NCBI GenBank assembly: GCA_017412085.1
Contig: JAFPYS010000019.1
Coordinates: forward strand, 17,869-81,868
Direction: 5' to 3'
DNA length: 64,000 nt
Source of the DNA: Alphaproteobacteria bacterium
Lineage (GTDB): Bacteria > Pseudomonadota > Alphaproteobacteria > CAAHEQ01 > UBA3637
Shown: piece after piece, positions 57,897 through 64,000 of the stretch
Layout: every line of letters starts with the position of its first letter
Numbering within the stretch: position 1 is the first letter of the stretch
The notes under the pieces: model-generated
Told to the model about the DNA's origin: nothing
The model's input: the letters and a program-made list of their open reading frames with translations, nothing else
Databases searched by the model: none
Program-made: the position numbers and the translations under genes

Positions 57897-58814
57897 ATGA
57901 AAGAATATTTGTTGGCAGTGTTTGCTGTTTTTTGTTGGAGCTTTAATGTTGTGGCGGCAAGCGTGCTTGTGGGAAAATTAACACCATGGCAAATCGCTGC
58001 CTTAAGATGGATCATTCCATCATTTATAATTTTTCCTTTTACTTTCAATATATTAAGAAAGAATATAAAAGTAATACTAAAACATAAAATCTGGCTTATT
58101 TGGACAGCTTTTTGGGGAATTACAATCAGCAATACTTGTGTTTATTATGCCGCTTATAGTGTGAACCCCGTTACCTTATCTTTAATTGGTGCAACGGGGC
58201 CGTTGTTTTTAATTTTCTTCTCATGGGTGATAAAAAAGACGCAATTATATAAAGAGCAAATTTATGGCTTATTGATTACCCTGATAGGCGTTTGTTTGAT
58301 TGTGATGCATGGTCGGATGGGCGGGCTTGGATTAGGTATTGCGGCGGGCGATTGGTGGATGTTGATAACCGCCATCACCTTTGGATATTACAGCTTTTTG
58401 GTGGCAAATAAACCGCCTCAATTACCCCACCTGCCCTTACTTGCCTGTTGTTTGATATTAGGCGCCTTATTTTGTTTGCCTATGTTTGTCTGGGATACAA
58501 TTTATAATCCGTTGAATTTTAAAACAAATTTTACACAAGAGATCATCTGGATTGTGATGGGACTTGGCGTGTTTAATTCTTTAATTGCCTATCTTTGTTG
58601 GAATCACGCAATGGATAAAGCGGACCCCGTAAAAGTTGGGATGATTTATTACCTGATGCCGGTATTTTCAACACTTGAAAGTTGGCTGATTCTGGGTGAA
58701 GGGATCCACCCGATCCATGTGATCGGAGCTATCATCATATTTATTGGAATATTCTACAGTAATAAAAAGCCTAAATCTGCTTTATTTCGACAGAGCCGTC
58801 GGGCAAGTCCTTAA
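57897..58814 (+). CDS. EamA/DMT family transporter
   Basis: 305 aa, about 10 TM segments arranged as two EamA-like halves. Confidence 0.82.
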   Translation: MKEYLLAVFAVFCWSFNVVAASVLVGKLTPWQIAALRWIIPSFIIFPFTFNILRKNIKVILKHKIWLIWTAFWGITISNTCVYYAAYSVNPVTLSLIGATGPLFLIFFSWVIKKTQLYKEQIYGLLITLIGVCLIVMHGRMGGLGLGIAAGDWWMLITAITFGYYSFLVANKPPQLPHLPLLACCLILGALFCLPMFVWDTIYNPLNFKTNFTQEIIWIVMGLGVFNSLIAYLCWNHAMDKADPVKVGMIYYLMPVFSTLESWLILGEGIHPIHVIGAIIIFIGIFYSNKKPKSALFRQSRRASP

Positions 58815-60165
58815 CAGCCAAGCCCTTGGCTTTTAAAGCGTCACGGATCTCATCAGATTTTGCCCAATCCTTCGCAGCGCGTGCTGCTTTACGAGCATCT
58901 AATAATGCTTGTACCTCGGCGTCTGGAACATAGGCCTCTTCCTTCATTTCGTCCATTTTTAAGCCAAAAACCGTATCGATCTCGGACAAAATTGCCCATT
59001 TTGTGGCGTTATTCAAAGCGGCATCTTTGACAACTTCCCACATCACGGCTAATGCTTGAGGGGTGGCAACATCATTAAAGATCGCTTCGTCAAATTTACC
59101 CAATAACGCTGCCTTCTTGGCTTCATCTACCGCGCCAGATAAATCCTTTTTGATCTCAATTACACGGGCTTTCAAGTTATTAAAGGCCGCTTGAGCTGCG
59201 TCCAAGGCTTCCCATGTAAATTGCAGCTCTGAACGATAATGAGCGGTTAAGGCTAAATAACGATAGGCCAGCGGATTATAGCCTTTTTCTTTCAAAGAAG
59301 GTGTGGTCAAAATGTTACCCAAAGACTTGGACATCTTGACATCTTTGAGCTGCAAAAAGGCATTATGCACCCAATAATTCACCCATTTATGTCCAAAGCA
59401 GCCTTCGGATTGCGCTTTTTCATTTTCGTGATGCACAGAAATGTGGTCAATACCCCCACAGTGAATATCAATATACTCGCCCAAGTATTTGGACGACATT
59501 ACAGAACATTCAATGTGCCAACCGGGATATCCCCTACCCCATGGCGAATCCCATTGTAAAATTTGATTTTCAAACTTGGAAGATGTGAACCACAATACAA
59601 AATCCGTTGGATTACGTTTGTTTGGATCTTCTTCAACGCGGGCGCCATGTTGTAAACCTTCGATATCTTTGTGAGATAATTCGCCATAATGACCGAACTT
59701 GAGCGTATCAAAATAGACGTTACCACCGGCGACATAAGCCAATCCTTTTTCTTCTAATTTCTTCACAAATTCAATCATGTCTTGAACGTGTTCCGTAGCG
59801 CGGCAAACGGTACTTGGACGGATGATATTTAAGTCGTTTTCCTCGTCAAAGAAGAAGTTTTCATATTTACGAGCCAGAGCCAATACATCCATTTTTTCTT
59901 TTTCGGCGGCCTTCAGCATTTTGTCTTCGCCAGTGTCTTCATCACTTGTCAAATGTCCGACGTCTGTGATATTCATGACATGATGAACATCATAGCCAGC
60001 CCGCACTAACGTACGATGCAAAAAGTCCTCATTTAAATAAGTGCGTAAATTACCAATGTGAGCATAGCTGTAAACGGTTGGACCACAACAATACATGCCA
60101 ACTTTTCCATCTGTGATTGGTTTAAATTCTTCCAGTTGACGTGTCAGTGTGTTATAAAGTTTCAT
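58771..60165 (-). CDS. cysS: Cysteine--tRNA ligase
   Basis: Has the class I HIGN variant (YAHIGNLR) and KMSKS (KMSKSLGN). The start at ATG 60165 follows GAAAGGA. Its 3' end overlaps the eamA 3' end by 44 nt. Confidence 0.95.
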   Translation of the reverse strand: MKLYNTLTRQLEEFKPITDGKVGMYCCGPTVYSYAHIGNLRTYLNEDFLHRTLVRAGYDVHHVMNITDVGHLTSDEDTGEDKMLKAAEKEKMDVLALARKYENFFFDEENDLNIIRPSTVCRATEHVQDMIEFVKKLEEKGLAYVAGGNVYFDTLKFGHYGELSHKDIEGLQHGARVEEDPNKRNPTDFVLWFTSSKFENQILQWDSPWGRGYPGWHIECSVMSSKYLGEYIDIHCGGIDHISVHHENEKAQSEGCFGHKWVNYWVHNAFLQLKDVKMSKSLGNILTTPSLKEKGYNPLAYRYLALTAHYRSELQFTWEALDAAQAAFNNLKARVIEIKKDLSGAVDEAKKAALLGKFDEAIFNDVATPQALAVMWEVVKDAALNNATKWAILSEIDTVFGLKMDEMKEEAYVPDAEVQALLDARKAARAAKDWAKSDEIRDALKAKGLAVKDLPDGSVEIKQI

Positions 60166-60227
60166 GTGATCCATCCTTTCGATGAAAATCATTATAGCAA
60201 ATAGGAATTAAAAGTCAAGGATTTTTA

Positions 60228-61532
60228 TCAGCGCAACGCGGCACATTTTTTCTTTTGAATCATCCTTTCTGATTGCCAACCTTTTGCAGCTAAATTGACG
60301 CAATCATCATAAATTTTGCGCCCAGCTTTTGGTGTGGCTTCAACGCCGCAAACAACCTTTTTTCTGGCTTTCACAATTTCTGGAATTTCCCATCCTCTAT
60401 TTTCTAATTTATAGTGAGTTAAATCAGCAAACAACCTTGCCTCCATCATTTCACCGAAATTAGAATATTTAACTGTGGGCTTTTTATCAAAACGAGCCAA
60501 GAAATCCTTGAAAATTTGTTCGTGTTCTGGCAGTACATATCCTTTACCCGCCAGCAAAGCTTCAAATGTTTGCAGTACCACGGGGTTTTTCCATCCGCCG
60601 CCGAACAAAATAATATGCGGTGGCAGTTTGATTTTTTTGTCGGTCAGAGTCATTGCTTGCACAGCAATATAGGCCGCAAAATATTCCAAGGTATGTACTG
60701 CATCTTCAATGCTGAGCTTATGTTTCTTAATAAGAGCAAACACTTTGTCCTTGTGGTAAAATTGTGGATCGCCAGACTTGGGCAATCCCCGTTCATAAAA
60801 GTCTCGGCCAAGATCAAATAATTCTTGCAATAACTTCTTGTTTAATTTACCTTTTTTACCATATTTGCCATTTTTATCAAAGGCATCCGGCGTGTTGTCA
60901 CGGATAAAATTATCAACATATTCATTAAATGGACCGGCATCGGCTCCTACTTGAGCGACACCATCCACAATCCATGCAAAATTGGATGTATTACCACCAT
61001 TATAATAGCAGCCATCACCTTCGGTTGCAGCAATATGGGCATTGTGTGGTGGCACCAACGGCGCTCCATCAAATCCTGCCATTACGGGGGCTGAACGGAA
61101 ATCATAAACAACCCTTATGCCTGTTAAATCGGCCAACATTTTTCCAGATCCAATCTGCAAAGTATAAGGTTTTGTTTTTTCCGCTTTGGCGCGGGATGGC
61201 GGATTGTGATCCAATGTTTTACCATGAAACCCAATGGCATCAATTTTGGACTTATCCAACTTAAATTTTTTACACATCTCGTTAATACAATTGGCCACTT
61301 GGCGTACATATTCATCATGGATTGCTTGGAACTCTGGCAAGGCTTCAATTTCTTTGCGGGTCTTATTCCCTACTTTGGCCCGTAATCCCTCTACCTTTTT
61401 TTGCATGTCTTTTGTATAAGATTTTGAATAAGAACAAATATCTTTCATCTTGTTCCCATCAAATTCAGTCAAAACCAAATCAATGGCATCCATGCTGTTG
61501 CCAGTCATATTGCCTATAATACGATAAGACAT
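60228..61532 (-). CDS. anmK: Anhydro-N-acetylmuramic acid kinase family protein (long form)
   Basis: AnmK blocks are present (GNMTGNSMDAID, GFHGKTLDH, YTLQIGSG, DFRSAPVMAGFDGAPLVP, LFGGGWKNP). It is 434 aa from ATG 61532 (GGGGGAG SD), longer than E. coli AnmK. Confidence 0.8.
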   Translation of the reverse strand: MSYRIIGNMTGNSMDAIDLVLTEFDGNKMKDICSYSKSYTKDMQKKVEGLRAKVGNKTRKEIEALPEFQAIHDEYVRQVANCINEMCKKFKLDKSKIDAIGFHGKTLDHNPPSRAKAEKTKPYTLQIGSGKMLADLTGIRVVYDFRSAPVMAGFDGAPLVPPHNAHIAATEGDGCYYNGGNTSNFAWIVDGVAQVGADAGPFNEYVDNFIRDNTPDAFDKNGKYGKKGKLNKKLLQELFDLGRDFYERGLPKSGDPQFYHKDKVFALIKKHKLSIEDAVHTLEYFAAYIAVQAMTLTDKKIKLPPHIILFGGGWKNPVVLQTFEALLAGKGYVLPEHEQIFKDFLARFDKKPTVKYSNFGEMMEARLFADLTHYKLENRGWEIPEIVKARKKVVCGVEATPKAGRKIYDDCVNLAAKGWQSERMIQKKKCAALR

Positions 61533-61542
61533 TTCTCCCCCG

Positions 61543-62526
61543 TTATTTCGATAAGTGTCTGACACTGTTAATAAGAAGTGCGTTATTTATCTTTTTTTTT
61601 ACTGGTGTTTGAGCATTCAATGCTTTTTTGACAAACCCATCGTGTTGTTCCAACAGGGCTGCGGCTGCCCGTGCAGGCAAATTTTTACCAGCCATAACAA
61701 CGGCAAGAGGGACACCTTTTGTTGGTTCTTTCAAGAATTTTTGTGATTCGGCCAAACATCTTTCTGCGACATCTCTTTCAACTCCAGTAATATCACAAAT
61801 GATGCGCATTGCTCGATCTCTTAGTTTTTCATTCATTACTCGAACGTCAATCATCAAATTTTCATACACCTTACCAACCAATGTAAAGGCACCCGTTGTG
61901 ATCTGATTCAATACCATTTTTTGTGCAGTGCCAGATTTCAATCGACTTGAACCTGTCAACACCTCTGGGCCAACAACAGGATTGATAAAAATATTCGAAA
62001 ACGCCTTCAACTTGGCCTCTGTGTTCGAACTATAGCCAATGGTTTTAATCCCTAATTGTTGTGCTTTTTCCAAAATGGCCAAAATATAAGGAGCGCTGCC
62101 ACCCGCAGATAGGCCCATCACAACATCTTTCTTTGTTGGTTTTAAAGCCATCAAATCAGCCACACCCCCCTCTCGAGAATCTTCGGAATTTTCAACCGAA
62201 TAACGTAACGCCCTGTCTCCACCAGCAATTGTGCCAACGACGACGCCATGCTCCACGCCAAATGTCGGCCAACACTCGGAGGCATCTAACACCGCCAAAC
62301 GACCACTTGTCCCTGCTCCAAAATATAACAAACGACCGCCTTGTTTAATGGCTTTTGCAACACTTTCTATAGCTTGTGCGATTTGGGGCAAACATTTTTG
62401 AACAGCCAATGCAACCTTTTGATCCTCGCCATTCATTAAGGTGGCAATTTCTAAAGCACTCATTTCATCCAAATGCTTTGATTTTTCATTACGTGTTTCT
62501 GTGGTAAGTTGTTTTTGTTCTTTCAT
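61543..62526 (-). CDS. murQ: N-acetylmuramic acid 6-phosphate etherase
   Basis: SIS-domain protein with MurQ blocks (GAGTSGRLAVLDASECWPTFG, GLSAGGSAPY, TGSSRLKSGTAQKM). Confidence 0.9.
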   Translation of the reverse strand: MKEQKQLTTETRNEKSKHLDEMSALEIATLMNGEDQKVALAVQKCLPQIAQAIESVAKAIKQGGRLLYFGAGTSGRLAVLDASECWPTFGVEHGVVVGTIAGGDRALRYSVENSEDSREGGVADLMALKPTKKDVVMGLSAGGSAPYILAILEKAQQLGIKTIGYSSNTEAKLKAFSNIFINPVVGPEVLTGSSRLKSGTAQKMVLNQITTGAFTLVGKVYENLMIDVRVMNEKLRDRAMRIICDITGVERDVAERCLAESQKFLKEPTKGVPLAVVMAGKNLPARAAAALLEQHDGFVKKALNAQTPVKKKINNALLINSVRHLSK

Positions 62527-62605
62527 TTTAACTCCTTTTTGAATCTTATACTAGCACACTAACAAACTTTTATGCCTTTTTCAATAAAAAAATTCATTTT
62601 TCCCG

Positions 62606-62634
62606 TTGACAGATATAATTTTTTACTTTAATAT
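62606..62634 (+). promoter_or_regulatory. lexA promoter
   Basis: TTGACA (62606-62611), 17 nt, TAATAT (62629-62634). The SOS box lies immediately downstream. Confidence 0.55.
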
Positions 62635-62636
62635 GA

Positions 62637-62651
62637 GAACAAAACAAGAAC
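62637..62651 (+). promoter_or_regulatory. Alphaproteobacterial LexA operator (SOS box)
   Basis: GAACAAAACAAGAAC is an exact GAAC-N7-GAAC direct repeat. It lies between the -10 and the lexA SD, a position consistent with autoregulation. Confidence 0.75.
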
Positions 62652-62674
62652 AAAGAGCCGCAGGGAGGCGAAAT

Positions 62675-63283
62675 ATGATTACAAAAAAACAATTACAACT
62701 GTTTGATTTTATTAAAGAATATGTTTCTGAAAATGGGGTTGCCCCCTCGTTTAGCGAGATGCAGGATTACCTGGGGCTGAAATCAAAATCTAATGTCCAT
62801 CGTTTGGTCAGCGCTTTGGAGCAACAACATCTGTTACATCGTACTCCCAAAATGGCTAGATCTATTTCTCCGGAGAACATGCCATCCGGCGCGGCCAATG
62901 ATGTTGTTCAAATACCCTTATATGGTAAGATTGCGGCGGGTTTGCCAATTGAAGCCGTAGCCAATGAAACAGAGACAATCAGTGTGCCGGCCTCCATGAC
63001 GGGAAATGGACAATACTATGCTTTATTGGTGGAAGGCGATTCCATGATTAATGCTGGTATTTTAAATGGGGATACTGTGATTATCAAGCGTGCCAATCAG
63101 GCTAATGACGGGGATATTGTGGTGGCTTTAATTGATGGTTATGATGTAACCTTAAAGCGTTTGCGCAAAAAGGCCTCTTCTATTGCCTTAGAGCCAGCCA
63201 ATCCTGCTTATGAAACACGCATTTTTACAACGGATCGTGTTGAAATTCAAGGAATTTTAGCCGGTTTGATGCGTTCCTATTAA
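62675..63283 (+). CDS. lexA: LexA repressor
   Basis: Has a winged-helix N-terminus, the cleavage site IAAG, and catalytic Ser (GDSM) and Lys (TLKRL). The start at ATG 62675 follows GGGAGG. Confidence 0.93.
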   Translation: MITKKQLQLFDFIKEYVSENGVAPSFSEMQDYLGLKSKSNVHRLVSALEQQHLLHRTPKMARSISPENMPSGAANDVVQIPLYGKIAAGLPIEAVANETETISVPASMTGNGQYYALLVEGDSMINAGILNGDTVIIKRANQANDGDIVVALIDGYDVTLKRLRKKASSIALEPANPAYETRIFTTDRVEIQGILAGLMRSY

Positions 63284-63290
63284 AAATTTG

Positions 63291-63319
63291 TTGACTTTTT
63301 ATTTTCTCCTCTATATTAT
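63291..63319 (+). promoter_or_regulatory. Candidate dapA promoter
   Basis: TTGACT (63291-63296), 17 nt, TATTAT (63314-63319). Confidence 0.45.
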
Positions 63320-63349
63320 AATAGATTGGTTGAGGTGAAGGGCTTGTAC

Positions 63350-64000
63350 ATGACGAATAAAGCAAATTTCGGTGATGTTGTCACCGCTATGGTGACACCT
63401 TTTAAACCTGACGCGGACCAAAATGTGGCCTATGATGAAGTTGAATCGTTAACAAGGTACCTGATTAACAATGGAACAGATACAATTTTGTTGACGGGAT
63501 CTACTGGCGAAGCGGCGCAGTTGTCTGTATTGGAAAAATGGGATATTCTTCGGACTGTTCGCAAGGCAGTTCCACAGGCCAGGATTATGGTTGCGACAAG
63601 CGATACGAATACAGGGCGTGCCATTCAAAAGGCAAAAACAGCGTTTCAATATGGGGCGGATTCTATTTTGGTGGCGGTACCCGAGTATGTAAAACCATCC
63701 CAAAAGGCCTTATTTATCCACTTTAATGCCATTGCTAAAGCAATTGATAATAAGCCGATGATGATTTACAATATTCCTGGACGCACGAGCAAAGAGATTG
63801 CACCATCAACTGTTGCCGATCTTGCAAAAGAAAATCCAAATATTGTTGGTATTAAACAAAGTATGCCAAGTATGGATCGGGTTTCGGAATTAAGAGCTCT
63901 TTGTCCGCCTGATTTTCAAATCTATTCCGGTGACGACAGTTTAACGTTACCGATGTTAGCATTAGGGGCAACAGGTGTTGTCAGCGTTATGTCACATCTT
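63350..64000 (+). CDS. dapA: 4-hydroxy-tetrahydrodipicolinate synthase (partial, runs off the right edge)
   Basis: Not in the ORF track because no stop falls within the window. Translation is MTNKANFGDVVTAMVTPFKPD...LLTGSTGEAAQLS...YNIPGRT...GIKQS, which matches DapA family blocks. The frame is open for all 217 codons to position 64000. Confidence 0.9.
   Translation, partial: MTNKANFGDVVTAMVTPFKPDADQNVAYDEVESLTRYLINNGTDTILLTGSTGEAAQLSVLEKWDILRTVRKAVPQARIMVATSDTNTGRAIQKAKTAFQYGADSILVAVPEYVKPSQKALFIHFNAIAKAIDNKPMMIYNIPGRTSKEIAPSTVADLAKENPNIVGIKQSMPSMDRVSELRALCPPDFQIYSGDDSLTLPMLALGATGVVSVMSHL

Noticed and set aside
63284-63349. Lysine riboswitch upstream of dapA
   Set aside because: Only 66 nt separate lexA from dapA, and these are largely taken up by a promoter and SD. 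That is far too short for an L-box.

Overview
The window is a gene-dense, AT-rich bacterial chromosome segment with about 70 protein genes, one tRNA and no rRNA. I found no CRISPR array, transposase or integrase. Several features point to an Alphaproteobacterium. These are a GAAC-N7-GAAC SOS box in front of lexA, the secB | Tim44-like-mltA-smr arrangement, tsaE-amgK-addB-addA, rlpA-dacC-tmk-holB-tatD-MBL, and mlaD next to DUF2155. Finer taxonomy cannot be read from the sequence alone. Most genes are housekeeping: ettA, dut, yajC-secDF, parE, rpmH-rnpA-yidD, accBC, accD, tyrS, cysS, pgi, lspA, tsaD/E, trxA, lexA and dapA. Two energy-metabolism modules stand out. (1) A nine-gene N-type (alternate F1Fo) ATPase operon in the order atpD-C-Q-R-B-E-F-A-G (24182-30775, minus strand). 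It has a b-delta fusion and a c subunit carrying a two-carboxylate set of Na+ ligands. (2) A three-gene hydC-hydB-hydA (NuoE-like, NuoF-like, [FeFe]-hydrogenase) operon (53785-57744, minus strand). It sits directly beside tRNA-Ser and the only AT-rich, orphan-gene stretch in the window (51.9-53.6 kb). Other points worth a look are a GT10 fucosyltransferase wedged into a dut-ettA operon, several genes missing from the ORF track (rpmH, a 47-aa lipoprotein, two convergent small ORFs, partial dapA), lineage-specific orphans coupled to accC and radC, tandem MlaD paralogues, and a TM-less CckA-like kinase. All functional calls rest on motif and family recognition by eye. No database search was run. 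Start codons were chosen by Shine-Dalgarno (SD) context.
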